This document shows positions 1-13,375 of a DNA stretch of 64,000 nucleotides, one piece after another. Source of the stretch: Eledone cirrhosa (lineage: Eukaryota); assembly GCA_964016885.1 (NCBI GenBank), contig OZ024742.1, forward strand, positions 156,054,001-156,118,000. The letters run 5' to 3'. Every line of letters begins with the position of its first letter. The stretch's first letter is position 1. The notes beneath the pieces were generated by a model. The model was not told the DNA's origin, did no database searches, and was given only the letters and a program-made list of their open reading frames with translations. A program made the position numbers and the translations under genes.

Positions 1-969
1 TTTAAGATCAATAAAATAAGTACCACAAAAATACGAGACACGAAAACAGTTTCAAATATTAGAACAACGACTGAGGATTCACATTTATCTATCTAGCTTT
101 CTCTCTATCTCACACACCCATATTCAAAACATCCATATATACCACCCAAAACATATCTAGGTCTACACAGGTCTATGTCGACTGGTGTTCCATTTGCGGG
201 TCTATTAACATCAGACAAAAGCCGCGCGGTCTGGCAGAACAATTCACCGTAAACCCGACGGACATAAGTGGTGTATATATATTATCAAATGATTCTATGG
301 ACATACTTTATAGTATATATATATATATATATATTCATTAGTCAAGCAAAACGAGACCACAAATTTCACAAGGAAGACATTATTAAAAGATTGTCAACAT
401 ATTTTAGCTTGATGTAAGGAATGTAGAGAATAATAATAATAATATTAATAATAATAATAATGTCCGTTTACAATTATTTCGCTACTTCATATAATATTTC
501 TGGATCAAATGATATATCATTATTGATCTGGTTCAGTTGAAAATAATTAACATAATTAAAGATAGAGCGGCTCATCGGAACTTCAAAGGAATATAAATTA
601 AAATAAGGAAAGAATGTTTCATAATGTAATGTTCCATATATTGGTATTTCCCTATTGTGTCCTGTGTGTATCAATTGCTTGCCATAATCAAGCAGTATTC
701 TTCTGTCGAGGCTGGATTGTGTGAGATCTGCCTATGAGTAACAAGATGGCCGCCAATGGACATATTTACCTTACTAATTAGAGGGTGGTTTCAGGGGAAG
801 CAACTCCTTGAGAGATTAGAAATTGTGGGTAGTTTATAGGTAAGTGCTAATTTTTTAATTTTTTAATTGAGAGACAATATAGGGGAGGTAACTTATAATT
901 ATCTAGGTTAGTTATAGCTATTTAACTTATTAGCTATAGATATTATGAACTTATTAGCATAGATATTAG

Positions 970-1653
970 AAACTGTTTAATAAAAATAACATTAAAATCT
1001 CATTCTCCACAACACCTAACCTAGCTAGCCACATCGCATTCAGTAACCATCATAAACTAAGACGGTATAACTCCCACACCGCAGTACCACCAACCCTATC
1101 AAATACACCACGCCACTACAATAATACTTACTCTAGTAGCACACCTCTCCCATCTAATCCTTCTAACACTGACCAACCACTTAGGTTAAACTACCCTACT
1201 CTCACTAATCGCAGAAGCAACTGCAACTGCCGTTACCCTAATGCATGCCCACTAAATGGACACTACCTGACACCCAACATAGTCTATAGGTGCACAGTTA
1301 AAACTGCTTCGAATACCAGCTCCTATATCGGGTCTACCTGTAACCCTGTTAAGGTACGCTCTAACGCGCACTCTTTTTCCTTCCGAAACCCTAACAACAT
1401 ATGTTCTTCATCTCTAGCTAGGCTCATTAAACACCTTAAATTAACCAACATTGAACACTCACTAACATGGGATATCTTAGCTAGGGCCCAACCGTTCAAT
1501 GGACGAAGAAAATCTTGTGATCTCTGTATTACCGAAGCATATTACATACCTCTATCATGACCTCTACCGATTAACGATAGAACCGAGGTAACTATTAGCT
1601 GTCAACATCGAAGAGCTAATTCCTTCGCCAACAGAATATTTGACCCAACATAG
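970..1653 (+). pseudogene. PLE RT-thumb/linker/GIY-YIG endonuclease fragment
   Basis: Reads KLFNKNNIKISFSTTPNLASHIA...CNCRYPNACPLNGH...VYRCTVK...YIGST...LTWDILARA...CDLCITEA...CQHRR, with internal stops and frameshifts. Confidence 0.85.
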
Positions 1654-2032
1654 TCATCTGGCCCCATTTTTACTTGTAACTAATAAGTTAAATAGCTATA
1701 ACTAACTTAGATAATTATAAATTACCTCCCCTACATTATCTCTCAATTGAAAAATTGAAAGAATGAGCATTTAACTATAAACTACCCACAATTTCTAATC
1801 TCTTGAGGAGTTACTTCTCCTGAAACCACCCTCTAATTAGTAAGGTAAATATATCCATTGGCGGCCATCTTGTTACCCATAGGCAGATATCACACAATGC
1901 AGCCTCGACAGAAGAATACTGCTTGATTATGACATACAATTGATACACCCAGGACACTATAGTGAAATACCAATATATGGAACATTACATTATGTAACAT
2001 GTTTTCCTTATTTTAATTTATATTCCACTGAA

Positions 2033-2151
2033 CTTCCGATGAGCCGCTCTATCTTTAATTATGTTAATTATTTTCAACTGAACCAGATCAATAATGATAT
2101 ATAGTCATTTGATCCAGAAATAGTATATGGAGTAGCGAAACAATTGTAAAC
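2033..2151 (+). ncRNA. Candidate variant hammerhead ribozyme with long stem-II insert (mirror copy 466-581, - strand)
   Basis: CCGATGA, stem GCCGCTC...GAGTAGC, GAAA, palindromic CAATTG, TA. Stem I (GTT/AAC) is intact only in the mirror copy. Confidence 0.5.
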
Positions 2152-2494
2152 GGACATTATTATTATTATTAATATTATTATTATTATTCTCTACATTCCT
2201 TACATCAAACTAAAATATGTTGACAATCTTTTATTAATGTCTTCCTTGTGAAATGTGTGTTCTTGCTTGGCTTAACTAATGAATATTTCCATGTCTACGC
2301 GCCTAACGTCTGCATGAACCCAGCCACCTAGCTGCTCTCCACTGCATATTGCACATCCAGCACATGCATTTAAGCTTTGGCTTCTAACTAATTCACCCAT
2401 ATCTCATTTCCTATCTCCTCACCTATCTCCATCTATCTCCTTTAGATTGGTTACTCTTATATATATATATATGTATATATATATAAATAAATAT

Positions 2495-3180
2495 ATTTAT
2501 TAAAATAACAGATTAAAGTTTAAGCAAAGAATCGCTGCTTTCACCCTTAACGGGATCTTCTGAAACTAACAAAGTCAATCTGTAAACGCAGAAGTGAATA
2601 TTTCAAAAAACTTTGCAACCATAGGAAGACAGGAAGACGATACTTTGGTTCGTGGAAACGTTCGCTGGCAAAGAACGGGAAAAAACGAATAATACGTCAT
2701 TAATAGGAGCGGTGAAAAACAATTACACGCAAAGACAGAACCACGAATGGGAAAATAGTTAACGTAAGATGTGGGAAAAATAATTCAAACTCAATTCAAA
2801 AAGAATCAGGATATAGATTTCTCCAACAGAATTTAGTGAAATCCAGGGAAAAATCAATAGAGCCTTAACTCATGATAAAATAAAGTTTAAAATACTTATC
2901 CTTCAATTTGGGACAACTACAAATGCTCTGTATAGTCTTGAAAAAGATTATTTCACATAAAGTTTCAGTGGAGATGGTCACGGTTGGAATACGATCCTCA
3001 TCAGAGCTCAACAGGATAGCCAGATTCTCACTGATTAATATGCCAAAAAGAGAATTTAAAAGCAGGCTAGTTTACCATCATGCGTGATTATGAAAATATA
3101 ACGCACAGGTGGAAAAACAGGGCTGGTGACGTCAGAATGAGACCAATGTTCGTTTACATGAAACAACAGTAAAAAACATT
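2495..3180 (-). mobile_element. PLE 3' end/pLTR remnant between TA-rich tracts
   Basis: The terminal ~120 bp is shared with 19850-19965 and 53560-53660. 2750-3180 has a diverged inverted copy at ~6655-7095. Confidence 0.7.
2517..2567 (-). ncRNA. Minimal type I hammerhead-like motif (CAGAAGA core variant)
   Basis: AGTTT-CAGAAGA-T CCC GTTAA GGG T-GAAA-GCA..TGC-TT-AAACT. All three stems pair. Confidence 0.65.
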
Positions 3181-3298
3181 CCGAAATATATATATTATAT
3201 ATATATATATATGTATGTGTGTAAGAATATTTTCGAAACAGCGAGCGGGTTTGAAATTATTATAAATGTAAGCTACCACCGTATTTTGAATAAAGCCA

Positions 3299-3461
3299 TT
3301 ATTTAGCCTGATAGTAGGGTTAAGAACCCTCGGAGAAATGGAAAAAGGTGAGTATTTACATACATGGGAGTCGAACCCACATCTTTGATTATCCGGACCA
3401 CTGTGCTATCATCATTTTCCATTTCTCCGAGGGTTCTTAACCCTACTATCATGCTAAATAA
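3299..3461. repeat. 47-bp inverted repeat enclosing a tRNA-derived (SINE-like) head
   Basis: Arms 3299-3345 and 3415-3461 with one mismatch. The spacer on the - strand has TAGCACAGTGG (A-box-like) and GGTTCGACTCC (B-box). Confidence 0.8.
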
Positions 3462-3624
3462 CTTCTTTATCTGAAAATGTGTGTTGAAACCTGATATCGT
3501 TATGCGTGTGTTTCTTATTGGCAACATGACCCTCCCAAAGCATAACAATATATATATGCGTTAACCTAATATATCCCTTCCATATACTGTACCGATTGTG
3601 TTCTTATTTCTGTTTACCATTTAA

Positions 3625-3682
<58 letters not shown>

Positions 3683-5660
3683 GGGGTAGTGGTAGGAAAG
3701 GTTTTTCCGTAGCTTTAGCTATTCACTGTTTTTTACTCACCAAAGGATGTCACGAAGGGGCATGTGGACAAAACACTCGGAATGCTAACCAATTGTATAT
3801 TTGTAACGGAGTTGTAGCACTATGAATTAGTCCGGGATGAATATGCTTTTTTTTTGTTTAATGCACACTGCAGAAACAGGTTAAGTATGAGTATTCCTGC
3901 CAGAAACTAGTGTATTTAATTCGTCAGCGGATGGTAGAAGCTATGACAAACCGATGTTGTTCGAAATATATATATAACGGAGCCCATCGGCTTGTCAATA
4001 TGTAATATAGAAATGTTCTCTAGAGAACTAGAACACATTCATATACATATTGGAATCACATGGTTGGGAAGCGCTCCATTAACCACACAACTACGACAGC
4101 GTCTATATAAATGATGTTTTGCTTACATATTAGGAAGCAGGGAATACCGTATAAAAAATCTGCCCAATAAACTAATGTTTGGAACTTCATATTATGTACC
4201 TGCTTACTGCATATATCGATCTATAAAAAATATGTCTGCTATTTCTAGTAGATTAAATGACCGTGGAAAGAATCCTTCGTTAGATGAAGTGGAACACTTA
4301 TCGTAGAAACAGATGGAAGATCACTTTCACTCCTCGAATATGTCCGTAGGTTTGAATTATATTTCTTAGTTTGTAGTAAAGTGGATAAAAAATTGTTTGG
4401 GTAACAAAATGTAATCAATGACTTCCTGCTGCCAAACGCCACTGGAAATGACACGGGCAGGGAAAATATATGCCGTTAATGTACTTAAGTTGAGTTCTCC
4501 CCATATATTTGTGGTCTTGTGCCAATGGCAGAAGTCCTTATTTTTATCAAAAACATCTCAAACAAAAATTGAAGAAAAAGAAAGGATCAAAGACAAAAAC
4601 AAAAACGTTAATTACCCGGTGAAATATTTAGTCAGTGGATTTTCTAGTAAATTGTGTTATATGATAGAGGAAACGCATATCAAGCGAGAGAATTTGCCAA
4701 GAGATTTCACGATATACAAGGCACCTGCTGTGATGCTCCTTTCAGCAGTTTTGAAGCCCTGCTGCTTTAATCTTCAGATTAAAGTTCAAAGACCCAGCAG
4801 AATTGTCATGCGACTGAATGTTTATATGTATAAAAAATATCACAGAACGCATGAGGAGAAGCTAAATATAAAAACAATAAAATAAAATGAGTTTGTTTTT
4901 CGTCAACGAACTAAAGAATTAATGTCGAAGAAAGGGGAAAATAGCTTTCGAAGCTAGTATTATTGTCTTAAGCAGAGAACATGCTGTGACAACGAGATAA
5001 AGATGAGCAATCACAGCATTTATTTATTTATTCTTATTTTTGTTTTATTTGTTCAAGGGCTGACGGAAGAACAAATCAGATTATATTACACGACGAGTTT
5101 CTCAAAGTGATATCTCTTTTCTTGCTTTACTTTTTAATGTTGAAAAATTAGTATAGGTATGTACACACAAGCACGCACATACACGTACATTCATATAATC
5201 TTTTTATTAGAATTTTTTTAAAGCAGGATTCAAACTTTATTTTAAGTTTTCTACCAACACCTATAAAGTGTTAATGAAATATATTGAATAAAAAAAATAA
5301 TAATAAAATATATATTTCAATACATGTGTGTGTGTGTGTCTTTGTAAATAAACACACACACACACACATACACATATATATATATGATGGCTGCAGACTC
5401 TGCTAACACTATTGCAATCGCTTGTAACAGATCCTAAACAAGCAATACCTGTGCTTTGAAAGGTTTTTTTTTTAAAGTGGGGAAAGGCCTTGTTCTCGAC
5501 GAATCCCACTCTCTGAGCATCGAAAACATTACCCGAAAGGAGAACTTGTCAACCACCTCAGATGCTTCGGAAGCCGTAGGTTTTTTTCAGTTTCCCTCAC
5601 TTAGAAAGCTTTTATGACACCAGTTGAGGGCCTTTCACTCCCAGGTAGAAATAAAAGCTC

Positions 5661-5730
<70 letters not shown>

Positions 5731-6196
5731 TTGGAGGCTTAGTAAAATCGAATCTTTGGCGGTGTACAAGCAAATTCGACCTACGATATGAATGAGTTAG
5801 CAAACAACTCGACAAGGTAAGTCCTCTGAGTAATAACATACGTTTAAATAGCTTGACAAATTGAACATTGTGGTAGACAAAATCTAACACGCAATACCAA
5901 AGTAACGAAATAACTAACAGGTTGAAAATATACACTTGGACAAATCAACATTATACGTTGAAAGTGTTTCTATGAATCCGAAATCAAATATCAGACATAC
6001 GTAACTGGCAAGCTCGTGGTATTCATGATCGAACAGAGGATTCAGTTTATCAACTGGAACATCTTTCTACCAAAGAACGGGTCGAAACACTGCTAATAGC
6101 AGCGAATTCGAACATTTAGTTGTCACGTGTTATTTCCAACAAGGGAAATAACCCCCGAAAACGAAAAGTCAGTGATGCATCGGAACTCAATGTATT

Positions 6197-6284
6197 GTGT
6201 TACAATTGTTTCCCCGGCGAACAGCTCGAGGTGCGATTTGTGTGTGGATCGACCTGACTCTGGATTCACAGGTTCATCGGACAC
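6197..6284 (-). ncRNA. Candidate variant hammerhead ribozyme
   Basis: GTGT-CCGATGA-A CCTG...CGGG-GAAA-CAATTG-TA-ACAC. Stem I GTGT/ACAC and palindromic stem III. Confidence 0.6.
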
Positions 6285-6654
6285 GTCTATATATTTTTGA
6301 GCATATCCTCTTTCTGGTGTTTCGTCCACCTTCATCCTCTTTGCGCGTCCCAGGGTTTGTCACTGGTTAGTGACGTCATCATAATTCTGACCACTGGTAG
6401 CAGCCCACTGACCACCAGGGAGTGAGTTGTCACTCACCCACTGTCCCGTCGGCATACCCTCTATGTAAGCATCTTAGCTACCATTAGACATATATATATA
6501 TATATGGAATTCTCCATATATATATATATATATATATATATATGGAATTCTCCTAGAGTGTTTAAACTTATTTGTGACTAATCCCGGTCTTTAAAAAAAA
6601 AAACCGCGATAATATTGCTATTTTGCTGAACTCCTTACACTTGTAGAGTTTTTT

Positions 6655-7095
6655 TCGGAATGTGTTTTGACTGTTGTTTCATGTAAACAGACATTCGTCT
6701 CATTCTGACGTCACCAGCCATGTCTCTCACATGTGCGTTTATTTTTCATAATTACGTACGAGTTGAACTAGCCTGTCTCTAAATTACCTTTTTGGCATAT
6801 TCTACAATGGTTTTAGGATTATCGTGTTTGAGCTCTGCTGATGAACGGTTCAAACTGTGACCATCCCCACTGAAAGTTTCGCGAAATAGTCTTTTTAAGA
6901 CTATACAGAGCATTTGTAGTTTTTCCAAATTGAAGGATGAGTATTTAAGCTTTATTTTATTCTGAGTTAAGGCTCTACTGATTTTTCCCTGGATTTCACA
7001 AAATTCTATGGATTAATCTATGTCTTAATTTTTTTTTTTTTTTTTTTTTTGAGTTTGAATTATTTTTCCACATCTTACTTTAACTATTTTTCCAT
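6655..7095 (+). repeat. Diverged inverted copy of 2750-3180 (PLE pLTR-like), ending near (TA)n
   Basis: Shared blocks such as TCTCATTCTGACGTCACCAGCC and GACTATACAGAGCATTTGTAGTT. Confidence 0.8.
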
Positions 7096-7173
7096 TTTAA
7101 CGTTATAGTCACTCATATATTATGAAATACTGTTGGCTTCACGCTCACAACAATTTCTATACTTTAATTTATG

Positions 7174-7235
<62 letters not shown>

Positions 7236-7329
7236 AATTGGCATTGCTTTTATCAGTTGTCATACACTTTGTTTTGCTATAATTATACAGACAAGAAATG
7301 CTGATAGTACATCTCCAACTCACAATCTA

Positions 7330-7915
7330 CAAACAGAAAATTGTTCATGTTACAGAGTCACACAGTATTCTAGCAACAATGGAATGGTGGCCGTGCAGTA
7401 TGGCATCGCTCTAGGTTGGGTACCTTTCAACAGGAAAAAGGAAGTACTAACATCAAAAGGAGTTCCCTATCATTTGATACTTCGATACTTACATCCTAAC
7501 AGTTGTCTTGGTTGTGTTAATTAGACGACAAGATTACTTCAGAAGCACTTTACATTCCTAGAACCACATCATGGACTTATGACTGGTAAGCAGCTCAGCG
7601 ACTCTATCTGTATCAGTCGCTGCTCAACATCACCAGGGTTAGACCAATCACATCAGTCGCCAGGTCAAGAGTGCTTAAGTTATACGGTCATATCAAAAGA
7701 TCAACTCGAGGTGTGAATAAGTTATGCCTAGAAGGAAAGTTGGGTGGTAATCGAAGCAAAGGTGATTGCCAAAATGATGGTTTGATAATGTCAACTTATG
7801 GACTGCACATGACCTTTGCTCGTTAAACTCTGTTGTTGGAGATCGAAGTTTGTGGAGTAAAAATATCCCATGTTGATGCGCAATCTCAACTGGCGGAGTT
7901 TGGCGTCTGGAAAGG
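7330..7915 (+). mobile_element. RTE-like LINE 3' remnant
   Basis: Degenerate ..QYGIALGWVPFNRKKEVLTSK.. and collinear with the - strand copy at 38445-39050. Confidence 0.65.
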
Positions 7916-8951
7916 TATATATCGATATATAATCGCTTATCTACATATAAATATTCGTGCTTGCCTTCGTGCAGGAGTGTCAATGTATGTGCGTGTGTGC
8001 TTCTCTAAGTTTGTGATTGTGTGTGTCGGAAATATTTTTGGAAGATTGAACACCAAGGCACTGGAGAGGAACCAGTGGGTGGCCAATGGCAAGATGGCAT
8101 GATAATTCCGTTCGAGATGGGAAGCACTTGAATTAAACGAAGGACAGAATGTTCCTGTAAAATAAGTTAGAAAACCCTAGAGTTTGCAGTTTGAATAAAG
8201 ATTGATCGCCAACAGTAGAATTTTAGCTTTAAGCAGTTTACTCCGAAGCATATCTTGAATATACGTCAGCTGTCGATAGAAGTTATTTTGTATTTATCCG
8301 AATACAGAGGCTTGGTGTGGTTCTGGATATAAGGCGGACCCCTTGATTCTAACAAATATGTCATCCGAGCAAATAAGTAGGCATAGAAAGCTTGGTTTTG
8401 AAATATGTCCTCCTAATTGAACTTGGGGTCCATGCAATAAGTATTGCGGCAGATACAATAAAGGCGGCCAATGTTAAGACATGGGAGGATTTTGGCGGTA
8501 ATTTGAATCTAATTTCATATCAGCAAATAAATTGTTCTGGCAGACCATTCCCCAAATACGCAATAGGAAGTCCTTCTCTTCTACCCCTCTCTCTCCCTTT
8601 ATATACATATATATACACACACACGCACACAAAAAGAGACACACACACACACACACACATATGTACATGTTTCTATATCATAGGGTAAAAACACAGGAAG
8701 CCGGAGAAGATGCATTCCTTCAAATTTTCATTTCTGCAACGACTATGTACATTTCAGTGGCCAGTTTACGTATGAATCTAGTAATATTATAAGGTGTATT
8801 TTGTATAATGGTTAGGAAAAAACAGAGAATGAAAACAAGAGTGTTTTTTTTTTTGTTTTGTTTCAGTCCTGTCATTTGGGCAAATCGCCTCTTTGTCATT
8901 CTCTGTTTAATATACATAAACGTATTACCTATGCTTTCACATATATAATTA

Positions 8952-9358
<407 letters not shown>

Positions 9359-10186
9359 ATATATGTATATACGAAGCTGTAACAGGTAAATCATCTAAAC
9401 AATACATTACCATGAAGAAATATATCAGTTTAACGCTTGATAGAGTCGGAAAAGAATGTTTATGTTCTTCATCAGAATATTAAATGAGAAAGGAAAGATG
9501 TAATAGAAAAATAATAGGAGAGTAAAGAAAGAACGAAGAAATCAAATGAGAAAAATCACAAGCTTATTTAGTTAAACGTATGATGTGTGTGTATGTATGT
9601 AAATCTACAGTTTTCCGGGATTTAAAGACAGATTATTTGAAGGATAATTAGTATCTCTCACTGAATGATGCGCACTATAGACCCTCCTCGGGCTTTGGTT
9701 ATCACACACCTAAGCAACCAGTCATGTTTCAGGAAAGAGCTGAATCTCAGACTTATTAATAGGACCACCCCAGTTAAAACCTTTTCGATGAGAACCTGTT
9801 TCCACCGATCTAAGGCTATATTATTAAATATGCAATATGTACATTCATATATATACATTGCTATTTAAGAGTACTCACTCAAATTCAAAACTGCTGCTGG
9901 GCCGGCAACTGCTATGTATGTTAATGAGTTTAAACAGCTCATAAACAATAATTGGTATTCTATAAGAATCCTGCATCTACAGCTCTCAGCATTAACAGAG
10001 TCGATATATAGCCTTGATAACAGCTAAACAGCGAGCAACGATCGATCGTCGGTTATTTCCCTTCGTTTTTGCTGATTTGCTGATTTGTATAGTCGCTAAC
10101 TTAAATTTATTGCGAAATAATGCCTTCAATTAAAAAAATAAAATAAGCATACAGAGTATATTATCAAATATACAATACGTACATTC

Positions 10187-10334
<148 letters not shown>

Positions 10335-11367
10335 ACATACATAACGAATGAATCTCCGTATATTTGTGTTTATGTGAATATATATTGCTATTTTTTCCAA
10401 CTAGATCTCTGCTTTGACTTATATTTGTTCAACTTTATTTTCCATGAGAAGGACCGGAATGGTAGAAAAATTACAAAAAATTACGAAAAATATGGCAAAA
10501 CTGTTTCATTACGTAGTGCTAAGTTTGTTTAAGATTCCAAATTGTTCCCAATGATTGAATTACGCCTAAAAGTAAGAAAATATACATATGTTCGTGTGTG
10601 ATGTGTATGTGTACATGTATGTACATGAGCGTGTTTATAAGTGTGTGTATGTGACTGTTGGTGTGAGGGGTTGTGTATGTTGAAATAAACTTAACACATT
10701 CATCTAACGCACTCCTCATAGTCAACGTAGGATGCCTTAGGCTGCTGCTTGACATGCTAGAAATAATAACCAAACCTCCATCAAATGGTATGTTCTATTT
10801 GAAACATACCAAACAACTCTCTCAAAAATCTAATGTACGATGTACACCAATCTGATATGGACATGACTGAAACATCGTGTATTAGAAAAGTGCTTTGTTA
10901 TGTAAACTTACATCTACTCAAATACATAAGTACAGCAAAGTCAGTTATCACATAACTTATGCAATAGCAGTCAACGTATCTCATACCATTTATGTTGTTA
11001 GCAGTTTTGTTTGTTTTTTTTATTTGAAACTATGAATTGTAGTTAAATTCCGCGGCACGACATTTCTATTTAATAATAAAATAGTTGAAATATTGTGCTT
11101 GTTATTTCATATAAAAATCCAATGGAATATGTGTCTGTGCTTACCTGAATCACCTTTTACAAGCGAATCTGCTTCGTCATGTAATCAGGTTTCTTGTTTT
11201 GCTTTTGTTCTCTTTATTTCATAGTTAGATACTTCATTTTATAAAAAAAAAAAAAAGTATGAATATTAGATTGTATGGCATTTCACTTTTTCTGAAATGT
11301 GTTGGTTCTTTGGGGAAATTAATTAACTGAAATCAAGAATTGAATCCTGCTTGTTTTAATAACTCGC

Positions 11368-11830
11368 TAGTAGTAGCTGGTAGAGGTAGCTTATAGAAGC
11401 AGCTGAGAGAAATAGATTGCTAATGCTATTTTTTAGAGTTAGATCACTTGTTTTAGGGGTAGCTTGTAGAGGTAGCTGGTTGAGGAAGCTGTTTGGGGTA
11501 GTTGAGATTAGTAGCTGGTAGAATTCGATCACTTGTAGAGGTAGTTGGTAGTGGTAGCTGGTTCAGGTAGCGGATAGAAGTAACAGGTAGTGGTAGAATT
11601 AGATCAGTTTTTGTAGAGGTAGCTGATAGAGGTAACTGGTTGAGTAGTTGCGAGTGGTAGCGGCTAGAAGTAGCAGGTAAAGGTAGCTGGGAGTGGTAGC
11701 GAGGGGAAGAAACAGGGAGTGGTAGGGAGGGGAATAGCTGGGAGTGGTAGCGGCTAGAAGCAGCATGTTGAGGTAGCTGGAAGGCCTAGCGAGGGGAAAT
11801 AGTTGGAAGTGATATCTGGTCGAGTTAGCA
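11368..11830. repeat. Degenerate GGTAGCTG/GTAG-rich minisatellite
   Basis: Recurrent GGTAGCTGG, GTAGAGGTAGC and GAGTGGTAGCG units. Confidence 0.8.
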
Positions 11831-11947
11831 CGCTCGAAGCTTTCGTACTTCTCCACATAGATCACTAATCATAGCTTTGAAAATATTGTTGGAATTACAA
11901 GTGATATTACCAAGAATATTTGTATCTATCAATAGGCAGATGTATAT

Positions 11948-12095
11948 AATTGTTTCTAATTTTGGCACAAGGCCTGAAAAGTTACTAGTGTATTACTGGT
12001 ACTTTATTTTATCGACCCCATAATGACGAAAGGCAACGTTAACCTCGGTGGGATTTGAAATCAGAATGGCAAGGGCCGTAACTCTATGCGTCATG
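11948..12095 (-). mobile_element. tRNA-derived SINE, family A (central domain resembles the Meta-type domain)
   Basis: Reverse complement of TTCAAATCCC..GAGGTTAAC.TTGCCTTTC.TC...GGGGTCGATAAAATAAAGTACCAGT...GGCCTTGTGCC. Confidence 0.85.
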
Positions 12096-13226
12096 TACTA
12101 TGCGTCATGTACAATGATAGATACCATTTTAGCGCGTAAATCTATCTGTCATCTGATTATTTGGGTATTATTTAGTCAATAAAATAAGTGATATCTAATT
12201 TGAATTGACACGTTACTGCACTCTAATAATTAATCGATAACCAATTCGGCAATAAAGATCAACTCAATTATCGGCATTCTTGTCCATTATATAATTGATT
12301 GAATCATATATAAATATGGGATACACTTGTAGTTTATGAACTATTCTTTCATAAATGAAGTAAAACATATTACAGTTTTACGTTTATGTCTTTAAAAAAA
12401 AAGGCATTATAAGGTGCTACGAGATATCGTTTTACTCCACTTTTACTTCCTTTGTCGGTGAAGTAGGTAGAATTTTGTTTGAGCATACCAAAATATTTTT
12501 TTATGTATAAATGTTATAGGTTTCCAAACACAGGAAACGAGGAGAGACCCGTTAGATAAAGCTGAAAATGTTTATGAGCCAAACTTTATACTTTGCCGAT
12601 TCTAGTTGATTAACATATAATTACCTTTCTTAATAAAATCAAGATGTCAATTAAATCAAGCCAGAAAAATGATAGCGAAAAAAACTAGTCTTCTACGTAC
12701 AAAGAAATGTTTATTCATAACTCAGGCCCGTTAAGTTTTAAAGATACCAATTAACGAATCTTGTGAAAAGACGTCATTTGTTGGTGTTTCTGTTGCGAAT
12801 GCTGCATCTAGGAATAGAGAATATTTTACAGCAAAACGAAATGCTTTTGTTAGGAATTCCTTAAATAATAGGCTTATAATGACCAGTAGGTTCTAACAAC
12901 AAATTGTGGATTCAATATGTATGTATCATATGCTACTGGATATATAAATGGTGATGTGAAATGGATATGCATTCCCGATTTCTATCACGTTAGATTGATA
13001 AGAAGCCACTTTTGTTCGATATCGCATATCTTGTTTCTGGAGATGGATATTTCATGTGTTGATGATAGTTGTTTCGATGTTTCGATATGAAGAACTCAGT
13101 TATCATTAGAAAGCAGTTATCACGTGAGGTTAAGGCCTCCATTGCAATGATGCAATTTACATCTTTTCTCCTACCATTATTTCCGCGGTGGATTGGCAGT
13201 ATCAGTAGATGGGCGGACGCATGCAT

Positions 13227-13375
13227 TGACGCATAGAGTTACGGCCCTTGTCATTCTCAGTTCAAATCCCGCCGAGGTTAACTTTGACGTTCATCCTTAC
13301 GGGGTCAATAAAATAAAGTACCAGTAATGCACTGGGTATTTGCTGACCCTGTGCCAAACGTATAAACAATTATTT
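13227..13375 (+). mobile_element. SINE family A
   Basis: GTTCAAATCCCGCCGAGGTTAACTTTG...GGGGTCAATAAAATAAAGTACCAGT. Confidence 0.85.

Larger units (their letters stand above)
331..2286 (+). mobile_element. 5'-truncated Penelope-like element (Hydra-clade-like) with inverted pLTR (foldback)
   Basis: 331-938 is the reverse complement of ~1675-2286 with scattered mismatches. The spacer encodes an RT-thumb end and a GIY-YIG domain. (TA)n lies at the left boundary. Confidence 0.85.

Noticed and set aside
3360-3412. tRNA gene
   Set aside because: A/B-box-like motifs only; too short and no cloverleaf.
4418-4885. 155-aa ORF
   Set aside because: No recognisable domain or splice context; likely a chance ORF.
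6500-6553. TATATGGAATTCTCC duplicated around a TA run
   Set aside because: Consistent with microsatellite slippage duplication; no internal element.
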